In this document: piece by piece, positions 8,771 to 16,805 of the stretch
How the letters are laid out: every line of letters begins with the position of its first letter
How positions within the stretch are numbered: the stretch's first letter is position 1
DNA from: a virus
Taxonomy: Duplodnaviria; Caudoviricetes
IMG/VR virus record: IMGVR_UViG_3300010206_000044
Location: 1 to 38,986 of that record
Direction: 5' to 3' (one strand)
Length of the DNA stretch: 38,986 bases
Notes under the pieces: generated by a model
Databases searched by the model: none
The model's input: only the letters and a program-made list of their open reading frames with translations
What the model was told of the DNA's origin: nothing
Program-made: the position numbers and the translations under genes

Positions 8771-9148
8771 ATGGAAAAAGAAAAAGCAACAATGGAAAGC
8801 ATCAAAACAGTAGAAGATGCTTGTAATGTAACGGGAATGCCTGCCACTCCTGAGTTTAACGAAGTACCTGAGGAACTTCGCGAGTATTTAAAAGCCGTAT
8901 ATGAGGCTGTAGTTATAACCATGGCACTTGTTGGCGATTGGAAGGCTGACTGGAACGACAGTAACCAACGTAAATGGTTCCCTTGGTTCCGCATGTCTTC
9001 CGGGGGCTTCGTTTTCAGCGATTCGGTTTGCGCTTACTCGTATGCGCGTGCGGGTTACGCCTCGCGCCTTTGCTTCCCAACTGAGGAATTGGCACGATAT
9101 GCAGGCCGTCAGTTTACTGACGTTTACAGCAGAATTATTCTGAAGTAA
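8771..9148 (+). CDS. DGR target protein 2 (125 aa, paralogue of target 1, contains VR2)
   Basis: IKTVEDAC motif; WKADW..PWFRMSSGGFVF..SRLCF shared with target 1. Confidence 0.9.
   Translation: MEKEKATMESIKTVEDACNVTGMPATPEFNEVPEELREYLKAVYEAVVITMALVGDWKADWNDSNQRKWFPWFRMSSGGFVFSDSVCAYSYARAGYASRLCFPTEELARYAGRQFTDVYSRIILK
8994..9074 (+). repeat. DGR variable region VR2
   Basis: 81-nt ungapped match to TR1; 16 mismatches, all at TR adenines. Confidence 0.97.
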
Positions 9149-9156
9149 TAACAAAT

Positions 9157-9365
9157 AGGCTGTTTGTCTTTGTGAGGTTGTCTTCCAGGGGCTTCGTTTT
9201 CAACGATACGAATTACGATAACTCGAATGCGAATGCAGGTAACACCTCGCACCTATGCTAAAAAGATACAGATACAAAGACAAAGGCCTTGCCACTTGGC
9301 AAAAAATAACTTACTCTAATGTGTGCCGGTAGCCAAAGGCGAACGCTCGCAAACGAAAAGCAAAG
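9157..9365 (+). ncRNA. DGR RNA 1: template repeat TR1 (9179-9259) plus structured flanks
   Basis: Non-coding, AAY-rich copy of VR1/VR2 (21 adenines); enclosed by TTTGTCTTTGT (9163-9173) / ACAAAGACAAA (9274-9284); two hairpins before the RT start. Confidence 0.95.
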
Positions 9366-9367
9366 CA

Positions 9368-10363
9368 ATGAAAAGACACGGAAACTTATATGAACAGGTA
9401 TGCAGCGAGGACAATATGGTTCTCGCTTGGGAGAAAGCCAGAAAAGGCAAAACAAACACATACGGTGTGAGGCTCTTTGAAAAGGATTTGGAAAACAACA
9501 TGAAGCAGTTGCGAGATGAACTCGCATCCGGAACTTATCGGACTTCGGAATATAGCGTATTTACCATTTACGATCCGAAAGAACGCGAGATATACCGGCT
9601 TCCTTTCCGGGACAGAATCGTTCACCATGCTATCATGAATGTGATGGAGCCTATATGGACAAGTATATTCATTCAGCATACATACAGTTGCATAAAAGGG
9701 CGCGGAATACATGCCGTTTTAAAGGCTTTGAAACGAGATTTAAACGATGTTGAAAATGCCCGGTACTGCCTAAAAATGGATGTGAAAAAGTTTTATCCTA
9801 GCGTGGATCACGAAATACTAAAAGCAATTATCCGAAAAAAGGTAAAAGATAACCGGTTGCTTAATTTGCTTGATCTGATTATTGACAGTGCGCCTGGTGT
9901 TCCAATAGGAAATTATCTAAGTCAGTTTTTCGCCAATCTGTATCTGAGCTATTTTGATCATTGGTTGAAAGAAACGAAGCAAGTAAAGTATTACTACAGA
10001 TATGCTGACGACATGGTGATACTTGCACCGGATAAGCCGTATTTAAACAAGTTGTTGACCGAAATAACCTTTTATCTGTACATTGAATTAAACCTGCAGT
10101 TAAAGGGCAATTATCAGGTGTTTCCGGTCAATTCTCGCGGCATTGACTTCGTAGGTTACAAATTCTACCATACGCACATTTTAATGCGTAAAACGATTAA
10201 AAAACGGCTTTGCCGAAAGGCTGCAAAGCTCAATAAAAGCAAGCAAATAACAGACAAAGAATATAAAATTAAAATAGCTCCTTGGCTCGGTTGGGCTAAG
10301 CATTGTGATTCAAAAAACTTATTAAAAAAGGTACTCAAAAATGAAACGATTCTCGGATTTTAA
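9368..10363 (+). CDS. DGR reverse transcriptase
   Basis: MKRHGNLY start, FRDRIVHHA, LKMDVKKFYPS, GVPIGNYLSQ (DGR-type SQ motif), YRYADD, GIDFVGY; adjacent to TR1. Confidence 0.97.
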   Translation: MKRHGNLYEQVCSEDNMVLAWEKARKGKTNTYGVRLFEKDLENNMKQLRDELASGTYRTSEYSVFTIYDPKEREIYRLPFRDRIVHHAIMNVMEPIWTSIFIQHTYSCIKGRGIHAVLKALKRDLNDVENARYCLKMDVKKFYPSVDHEILKAIIRKKVKDNRLLNLLDLIIDSAPGVPIGNYLSQFFANLYLSYFDHWLKETKQVKYYYRYADDMVILAPDKPYLNKLLTEITFYLYIELNLQLKGNYQVFPVNSRGIDFVGYKFYHTHILMRKTIKKRLCRKAAKLNKSKQITDKEYKIKIAPWLGWAKHCDSKNLLKKVLKNETILGF

Positions 10364-10658
10364 TATAACAACAGGAACTGACAAAAATATATTTGTAGTG
10401 CCTGTAATTTCAATAGATGAGTTGACTAATTGTGAGGTTGAGATATTAGATTATGAAAAAGGCGTTAAAACACGTCACGGCGAAAACAGGTATATCGTGA
10501 AAGTTAAGTACGAAGGTTCAGAACGAAAGTTTTTCACGAATGCAGCCCCAATTAAAGAGGCATTAGATAAAGTATCAAAGTCAGATTTCCCATTTGTGGC
10601 TGTTATTAAACAGCAGCGTTTTGGAAGTGGGAGTGGTAAAACATTTTATTTTACATGA
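10341..10658 (+). CDS. Hypothetical beta-rich protein overlapping the RT end; candidate DGR accessory factor
   Basis: 105 aa; overlaps the RT 3' end by 23 nt. Confidence 0.7.
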   Translation: MKRFSDFNITTGTDKNIFVVPVISIDELTNCEVEILDYEKGVKTRHGENRYIVKVKYEGSERKFFTNAAPIKEALDKVSKSDFPFVAVIKQQRFGSGSGKTFYFT

Positions 10659-10659
10659 T

Positions 10660-10935
10660 ATGGAACTGAATACTGAATTAGACAGATTACGCAAATATGC
10701 ACCAATTGATGCAGAGCTCAAACGAGCAGAGAAACTACACCCAAATTATCCTAAAGATATGTTTATGCAACTTGCAATAATGCAAGAGGAAGCTGGCGAG
10801 GTAACTAAGGCAGTTTTAGACTATCATTATGCGGCGGATACAGTTGAACACATTAAAGAAGAGTTGATACAAACAGCTGCTATGTGCATGCGAATGTTAG
10901 GGGGTTTAGAAAATGAACAATCTACCGAAAAGTAA
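10660..10935 (+). CDS. MazG-like nucleotide pyrophosphohydrolase
   Basis: EEAGEV...EELIQTAA motifs; ATG at 10660. Confidence 0.7.
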   Translation: MELNTELDRLRKYAPIDAELKRAEKLHPNYPKDMFMQLAIMQEEAGEVTKAVLDYHYAADTVEHIKEELIQTAAMCMRMLGGLENEQSTEK

Positions 10936-11377
10936 AAGTAAATGGGGTATTCGCCATGAGCGGTCAGACGATGAAATTAATAAGATATGCTCTGAGTTCT
11001 TTGCTTCGCTTGAAGTGCCAAAAGAGTGGAATTTTATGGGCTGGGATGTGGCAAGGCAGGCCGACGGAACTACACTTAGCGCAGGAAAAGTATTTCGTGA
11101 TATGCGTACAAGCGGCATTGGTTTAATGGATTATAAAGTTGTTTTTCTTGTTTTTTCGGAAAGAGGTGCAATATGCGAAAAGTCAATAATCGACTACGGT
11201 AAACACTTAAAGAAATGCGTGATAAGTAATCAGACCATCGAAAAGCTTAATTTATTTATAAAAAGCAATTACAGTGAAATCATCGACACAGATAAAACTA
11301 CAGCCGAGGAAAATGACGGAGACGATGGCCTACAGAGTTTTAGAGATAGATTCGGAAATAACATGGCTTCTACATGA
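10913..11377 (+). CDS. Hypothetical protein
   Basis: 154 aa ORF in the operon; no recognisable motif. Confidence 0.6.
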   Translation: MNNLPKSKSKWGIRHERSDDEINKICSEFFASLEVPKEWNFMGWDVARQADGTTLSAGKVFRDMRTSGIGLMDYKVVFLVFSERGAICEKSIIDYGKHLKKCVISNQTIEKLNLFIKSNYSEIIDTDKTTAEENDGDDGLQSFRDRFGNNMAST

Positions 11378-11486
11378 AATAAATGCGAATGATGAAAATT
11401 CGGACACTAAGGACTTAGCAAAACAACTTGAAATTTTAAAACAACAAAAAATAGACTTATATGAAGATTCTTGCAATAGATTTTGA
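11313..11486 (+). CDS. Small coiled-coil hypothetical protein
   Basis: ORF bridges neighbouring genes; start uncertain (11313 or 11325). Confidence 0.4.
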   Translation: MTETMAYRVLEIDSEITWLLHEINANDENSDTKDLAKQLEILKQQKIDLYEDSCNRF

Positions 11487-11850
11487 TGGTACAATTGTAG
11501 AAGATCGTTTTCCTGAGATCGGGCAAATGATACCAGGAGCGAAAGACGCAATTAATGAGCTTTACTCAATGGGATATGAGATTATAATTTGGACGAGTCG
11601 CACACACATACGCATGCTGGAGGCGGTGGAATGGTTAGCAAAAAATGGTATAAAGTATCACCGCATCAACGAAAGCTCTCCGGCAAACCTCAGGATGTAT
11701 GGCAATAGGGACACAAGGAAAATATATGCCGACATGTACATAGATGATCGCGGTTTACATCGATTACCGCCCTGGAGTGAAATAATAGAAACTGTACGTG
11801 ACAGGCATCCTTTATATGCGGACAAAGTAGCGTTTGACGGATTTCTATAA
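11461..11850 (+). CDS. HAD-superfamily hydrolase (BT0820-like)
   Basis: ILAIDFDGTIV, IIIWTSR, KIYADMYIDDR. Confidence 0.88.
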   Translation: MKILAIDFDGTIVEDRFPEIGQMIPGAKDAINELYSMGYEIIIWTSRTHIRMLEAVEWLAKNGIKYHRINESSPANLRMYGNRDTRKIYADMYIDDRGLHRLPPWSEIIETVRDRHPLYADKVAFDGFL

Positions 11851-11872
11851 ATAATAATTAAATAACGATTAA

Positions 11873-12106
11873 ATGGCTCAGAAAAGACAACATAACCATG
11901 AAAGCAGATTAAAGCAAGCTGAACTTGTAAAAGCTCTTGTGAAGGAAAATTATGAGCCAGGTAGGCAAGATCGCTGCAAAAGTTGGATATATCGAAACAT
12001 AATAAAACCTCGAATCGGTATCAGCGAAAAAACATTTTGGAGGTATTTAGGTGTAAAACCTCCACCAAAGATTGAAGATAAAGACCAATTGAAATTATTT
12101 GACTAA
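11873..12106 (+). CDS. Small DNA-binding protein, possible late-gene regulator
   Basis: HTH-like 'IGISEKTFWRYL'; last gene of the early operon; C-terminal QLKLF clamp-binding-like motif. Confidence 0.55.
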   Translation: MAQKRQHNHESRLKQAELVKALVKENYEPGRQDRCKSWIYRNIIKPRIGISEKTFWRYLGVKPPPKIEDKDQLKLFD

Positions 12107-12132
12107 CTTTGTGAAAAAATAAAATTGATATT

Positions 12133-12654
12133 ATGAAAAACACTGCTTTAATTTTATTCTTGTTTTTAACCTTAACGGCCAGCGCCCAGGTTAAATATGA
12201 TACTATCGGTACCGATTTTGTTTACTATGAAAACATTGAAAAATTAAGACCGAAAGTTGACGGTTCTTTGGAGTCTTGTAAACGAAACTTTGCCTTTCTG
12301 AATTCCGAAGATTCGCAATCAACTTTACAGCTTATCTATCAATCTAAAGATTCTATCCGTATTGTATTCAGCTTTGACAAGCTTGTTTCCGGAGAAGATC
12401 AGGCCTTAGAGATAAAGGGTAAAGGGTATTATAAGTTATATACTATAAAAGGCCGGTTCCTTGATTTGTTTCCTATCTGGAAAACTAAATTTGATGATAG
12501 TTCGACACAGGATGCGGTGATAAAGGCTAAAAATTCAACACCTGTATATGTTCGGATTAAGGATAAGGATTATTTATGCAGATTATATGGAGCTGGTGAA
12601 AACTGGACAATAAGCGTTAGCGAACAAATAAAACCACATTATTCTATTAAATAA
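12133..12654 (+). CDS. Exported protein (moron-like)
   Basis: Signal peptide MKNTALILFLFLTLTASA-Q; own TAACTTTG box (12104-12111) and terminator. Confidence 0.7.
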   Translation: MKNTALILFLFLTLTASAQVKYDTIGTDFVYYENIEKLRPKVDGSLESCKRNFAFLNSEDSQSTLQLIYQSKDSIRIVFSFDKLVSGEDQALEIKGKGYYKLYTIKGRFLDLFPIWKTKFDDSSTQDAVIKAKNSTPVYVRIKDKDYLCRLYGAGENWTISVSEQIKPHYSIK

Positions 12655-12680
12655 AAAAAGCGGGTCACCCCGCTTTTTTT
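12653..12680. terminator. Bidirectional intrinsic terminator
   Basis: A7-GCGGG-TCAC-CCCGC-T7 between convergent genes. Confidence 0.85.
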
Positions 12681-13131
12681 ATTCCTCATATTCCTGGTAT
12701 GCCGTAGTGAATTGCAGTTCCCGGATACGAAGTCCAAGGTCGTTTCGGTTGTTACTGCTCAGGCGGGCTCTGATGAGTGGTTGCGTGTAGTCAGGACTCC
12801 ATCCGTGAATAGCTTGTATCAGTTTATGCTCCAACTCAAAATACTCCAAAGCGCCTTTGCGTACCGTAAGTGGTGCATCCTCATAACTTTGCTCAAAAGG
12901 CGCAACCAAAAGGCGCAACGTTACGGCTACTGTGGCTGTTTGTCCACTTCCTGATAAGTTCTCATAGCTTGCATCCGGAAAATCAATAAGAACAGCCGGA
13001 AAAGCCACGTTAGGACGCCACTTGTCAAATACGTCCTGCCCGAAATCCTGCTCTATCCATTCAATTTCGGGAACTTCTGTTTTGATGCGTTCCTGAAGGT
13101 CGAGATATAAGTCTGCGAAATATGATTGCAT
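12679..13131 (-). CDS. Mu gp37-like tail terminator/completion protein
   Basis: 'WIEQDFGQ..PAVLIDF' pattern; position after the morphogenesis gene. Confidence 0.6.
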   Translation of the reverse strand: MQSYFADLYLDLQERIKTEVPEIEWIEQDFGQDVFDKWRPNVAFPAVLIDFPDASYENLSGSGQTATVAVTLRLLVAPFEQSYEDAPLTVRKGALEYFELEHKLIQAIHGWSPDYTQPLIRARLSSNNRNDLGLRIRELQFTTAYQEYEE

Positions 13132-13147
13132 GTTTGATAATTAAAAA

Positions 13148-13699
13148 TTAAGAATTAATATTGGGAAAAATGGTTTTAAGCTCCTTTTCTATTTTGCGTG
13201 TGACAGCTGCATTTAGTATTGGACTTGGACTGCGCTCTGTTGGTGCAAACTGTCGCTGCTCTACGTTGATATTGAGATATGTTTTTTTAGTGAGTGCAAG
13301 CCCTTTCCAACGTTCGGCTTTCGGTTTTCCTTTACCTCCGTTTTTAGCATACATTGCCCATGCAAATTTTCGCATTTTGTCGGTAACGGGTATTTGTACA
13401 TTGCCACCTTCGTTGTGTATGGCTGCATACTTCAGCGCGTTCCGAACCACTACCATACCGGGAGCTGTGTTATAAAAGCTGGCAGAGCGTAAATGTCCTT
13501 TTTGTACTAATATGCGTCCACCTCGCTTGTTTGACTTCCACGGTTGGAATGTTGCACCCTGCCACCCCTGTGCACGAAAGTTTCCATTAATAAAGCGTAA
13601 TGCGGTATCTCCAGCCTGAGCCGGGAAACGGGTGTTAACGTAGGCTTTTACCTCGTTGGCTTTACGACTTATTAGTCGGGTAAATTCGTCGGGCGACAT
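13148..13699 (-). CDS. Virion morphogenesis protein (Mu gpG / P2 gpS-like)
   Basis: 'ILVQKGHLRS', 'YAAIHNEGG', 'QRQF'. Confidence 0.85.
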   Translation of the reverse strand: MSPDEFTRLISRKANEVKAYVNTRFPAQAGDTALRFINGNFRAQGWQGATFQPWKSNKRGGRILVQKGHLRSASFYNTAPGMVVVRNALKYAAIHNEGGNVQIPVTDKMRKFAWAMYAKNGGKGKPKAERWKGLALTKKTYLNINVEQRQFAPTERSPSPILNAAVTRKIEKELKTIFPNINS

Positions 13700-13751
13700 T
13701 ATTTTTTGCTTTAAATGAACAATTTATAAAAATACGTTGTATATTTGCAGT

Positions 13752-13843
13752 GTAAAACGGTCGTCCGGCCACTGAACATGGTAGAGCGGATTACAAAAAT
13801 TCCCGTTTTTCAGATAAAAGCATCCTATTTTAGGGTGCTTTTT
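13752..13843 (+). ncRNA. Putative ~90-nt sRNA convergent with the MuF gene
   Basis: TATATTTG -7 box (13740-13747), nested stems (13754-13809) and terminator AAAAGCATCCTA-TTT-TAGGGTGCTTTTT (13816-13843). Confidence 0.55.
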
Positions 13844-15006
13844 CTGTATAACAACACTCCAGTACGGGTTTTAAAACCCGATTTTGTCAACTCAAACATA
13901 GTTCTTGCTTCATTTTCAACAGCTACTACAAGCATTGTTTTGCCCTGATAATATTTTATGTAATGAGTGGTCAATGGTTCTTTGTCACCGCGCTTCAGCA
14001 CACTCCAAATTTCGTCCGGCTTTTCAATTATACTTTTTACATTTGGCAGCAGTTTGTAACGGTCGCCCTGTTTATGAAAACTTAAATGGCTTTTAAACGA
14101 TTCGGGAACTAACACCGATATATTGTTTTTATCCTTCAGTACAATGTTTTGTTTGTCGCCTTTCAGGCTATTCCAATAAGTATCATATTCGGTTTTATTG
14201 TCGAGCAATTTAACCACTTCCTTTGCTTTTTGCTGCATAGCTTCAGTAGATCGTAATCCGTAGTTTTTCCAATCTAACGGATTTTTAAGGCTATTGTAAT
14301 ACGGGTGATTATCTTTGAATATAAGGCGGGTTTTACCCACATTATTGTCGAATATAGTTCCCTTCACATCTTTAGCCACTTGCTTTTCAATCATCACTTC
14401 ATCTTTGGTTGAGTATTTAGAAGCAACGCCAGGAATAACAGTACATCTACAGTTCCACGCCAATGGCGGATACATACGATTCCATATCGGATGACTTTTT
14501 GGATATGTCAATCCATCGAGTGCTGCGTGTTCTGGGCGCACCCTGTCATCGCCTATAGTTGAAAACTCCAGATACTCACTTTGAAGCGTATCCCACTTAT
14601 GAGCCATAATAGCAGACTGCATTGCGGTGTCGTATTCCGTTTGCAAGTACGTTTCATTGAATAGCTTTCCTTTTTCAACAATAGCTTTGCGGAACTCAGT
14701 AAACGAAAGCATTTCGCCGGTTGACTTATTAAACATTAGGTTACGGAACTCTAATAGTTCAGTAAGTGACTTGGCAGCCGAAAAATGATATATATTTCGG
14801 GTTAAGTATGATTTAAGGATGTTCCTGGTATCATCATAATCGAATGTTTGAGTAGTAAGCCCTCTGCCAACTAAACCTGTACTAATCGCTTTATTCAATT
14901 GGTTTGCCGTTTCAAAATAGAGCCTTTCCGGTATTACTCCGTTTTCCAGTTGTTCACTTAGTAGAGCTGTTGCAATTTCAGTGTAAATGTCATCAGAGTT
15001 ATCCAT
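13825..15006 (-). CDS. MuF (gp30) minor head protein with C-terminal putative BECR-fold (PBECR2-like) nuclease domain
   Basis: MuF motifs 'YLQTEY', 'DDRVRPEH..LDG', 'PPLAWNCRC'; C-terminal 'IIEKPDEIW...YIKYY'. Frame is open to 15102; first ATG at 15006. Confidence 0.85.
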   Translation of the reverse strand: MDNSDDIYTEIATALLSEQLENGVIPERLYFETANQLNKAISTGLVGRGLTTQTFDYDDTRNILKSYLTRNIYHFSAAKSLTELLEFRNLMFNKSTGEMLSFTEFRKAIVEKGKLFNETYLQTEYDTAMQSAIMAHKWDTLQSEYLEFSTIGDDRVRPEHAALDGLTYPKSHPIWNRMYPPLAWNCRCTVIPGVASKYSTKDEVMIEKQVAKDVKGTIFDNNVGKTRLIFKDNHPYYNSLKNPLDWKNYGLRSTEAMQQKAKEVVKLLDNKTEYDTYWNSLKGDKQNIVLKDKNNISVLVPESFKSHLSFHKQGDRYKLLPNVKSIIEKPDEIWSVLKRGDKEPLTTHYIKYYQGKTMLVVAVENEARTMFELTKSGFKTRTGVLLYRKSTLK

Positions 15007-15073
15007 GAAAGCCAAATCGTGTAAGTGATCACCGCATCCACAAGTCTTATAATAATTATTCAGACTTATTTCC

Positions 15074-16369
15074 TCAATCCCTCCAAAAAAAAAAGTCAGC
15101 AATCAGATCGGCCAGATTCTTTTTACTTTTTGCAATAACAACATCTTTTTTACCCGGTATTTTCTGAGCGGTTGGCTGTTGCTGCACTACCTGTTGTTGT
15201 GCCACTTTTTCGGCTTCCTGTTTGGCTTTTAGTTCATCGTAATTGTCTGGTTTCGGCACACCATAAGTTTCATACCAATAATCATCACCAACCGGCACTT
15301 TTGAACTAACTTCTTTATCAATTTCCAAGCGTACTTTAAGTTTATCCAAGTCGAGTTCTTTTTCAAACTCAAATTTACCATCAACCGGGAAGCCATACGA
15401 AGCCAACACATCTTTAAACCATTTCTGATTCAGTTTTTTGACAATAAACTTCAGGTCTGATTTGGTGATTTGCAGCTGCTGTTCTTCGTGGGTTTTGCTT
15501 TGTGCATATCCGCTCGATTGGCTCGATTTACTTGTTTCGGTATTTCCGAGAATAGTAACGGACATTTCATCGTTACAAGCCCCGATAAGGCGTGTTTGCA
15601 GCTCGCCTGTTCCGTTGGATGTTTTACCGTCCAACATCTCAAATTTAGCCTGTTTTGGCACCATCATAGCCAACGATCCGCCCGACTCATTGAGTATTTT
15701 GCGCAATTCATTTTTTGTCTGTGTATCGTAAGCATCGTAGTAGATAATGCGTACAGGCTGACCGAAAATTTCTACATACTGAGCAAAATCGCCAAAACCG
15801 GAGCGTTTGTAAAGCGCATACAAAGAACACTGCAATAGCTTGCCTAAATCTTTAGCATTTCCAATGACATTTATAAATTTATCGGTAGTGTAGTCTGTAC
15901 CGGTATAATCGTATTGCGATTTAGTAATAACTCCTTTTTCCGGACGTATGTGTTTGCGTGGAATTTCAACAAAATCGAACTCCTTACCTACGATAAACTG
16001 AACGCCTGAAATTCCCCAGTATTTACTTTCCATAATCAGTTCGATGAGCCGACCAAAGTTTTCAGATTCAATCAGGTCATCGTAAGCATCTACTTTTTTG
16101 CCATTTTTATCCACAAAGCGTATAGCCTTGTTTTTGACAGCATCGGTACGCTTTTCAATTATCCCGGATAAATGGCCATCGATAGTAAGTACATCGTGAT
16201 ACAAATCGTACAACTGTGTGCGATTTGGCACGTAAATACTTTCGGCACGTTCAATGGCCGCTTTCAGCTTTCCGGCATCTTTGCGGTTACGATCAGGAGC
16301 TACCTGAGTCATGTCATTTATAATGACGTTTTTTGGCATTTTGCCCTTGGTTACTTTTACGTCGGCCAT
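15074..16369 (-). CDS. Portal protein (Mu gp29 / DUF935-like)
   Basis: 'DGHLSGIIEKR', 'YVEIFGQPVRI', 'MSVTILGNTET'; position in the head block. Confidence 0.88.
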   Translation of the reverse strand: MADVKVTKGKMPKNVIINDMTQVAPDRNRKDAGKLKAAIERAESIYVPNRTQLYDLYHDVLTIDGHLSGIIEKRTDAVKNKAIRFVDKNGKKVDAYDDLIESENFGRLIELIMESKYWGISGVQFIVGKEFDFVEIPRKHIRPEKGVITKSQYDYTGTDYTTDKFINVIGNAKDLGKLLQCSLYALYKRSGFGDFAQYVEIFGQPVRIIYYDAYDTQTKNELRKILNESGGSLAMMVPKQAKFEMLDGKTSNGTGELQTRLIGACNDEMSVTILGNTETSKSSQSSGYAQSKTHEEQQLQITKSDLKFIVKKLNQKWFKDVLASYGFPVDGKFEFEKELDLDKLKVRLEIDKEVSSKVPVGDDYWYETYGVPKPDNYDELKAKQEAEKVAQQQVVQQQPTAQKIPGKKDVVIAKSKKNLADLIADFFFWRD

Positions 16370-16371
16370 GA

Positions 16372-16803
16372 TTAAAAGAAATTAGTTTGTTTGGGTAATG
16401 AGTTGAAATACACGCCGTCGTTGGCTTCTGTTTCTGGTGTAACTGGTGCAGCGGGTAAACACAGGTTTATTTTACCTGCCTGAACATCTTCGAGCCATTT
16501 AATGGCGTTTTTATAATCGTCGTAAAACAGTTCTGTGTTTACATTCGGGTTGGCACGTTTGATTAAAAACCATGCAGCAATGGTTTTGATTATGCGCTTC
16601 ACCGATAGGCTTTCGACCGATGGTTGAGTAGTGCCATTACCAAATACAGCTACAAGGTCGTATTTACTTAAATAGCCTTTTACAATGTCCTCGGCTGTAG
16701 CTAATTGTAACTCCGCTTCAGTATTGCTGCCACGGGTTATTTTTTCTATTATTTCGGGATAAAGGTCTGACTGACCTAATTCTTCAACTGATACTAATGA
16801 CAT
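16372..16803 (-). CDS. Mu gp36-like head-tail adaptor (DUF1320-like)
   Basis: 'GYLSKYDL', 'YKNAIKWLEDVQAGK'. Confidence 0.8.
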   Translation of the reverse strand: MSLVSVEELGQSDLYPEIIEKITRGSNTEAELQLATAEDIVKGYLSKYDLVAVFGNGTTQPSVESLSVKRIIKTIAAWFLIKRANPNVNTELFYDDYKNAIKWLEDVQAGKINLCLPAAPVTPETEANDGVYFNSLPKQTNFF

Positions 16804-16805
16804 AA

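Noticed and set aside
8583-9259. Three near-identical repeats as a CRISPR array or simple duplication
   Set aside because: Two copies are in-frame coding sequence and all differences are at adenines of the third copy.
9323-9367. GTG start giving a 346-aa RT
   Set aside because: This stretch is the structured spacer also conserved after TR2; ATG 9368 (MKRHGNLY) is the more plausible start.
9368-10363. RT as a group II intron, retron or Abi RT
   Set aside because: Short protein with an SQ motif, no visible maturase/endonuclease extension, and an adjacent TR with adenine-only mismatches: it is a DGR RT.
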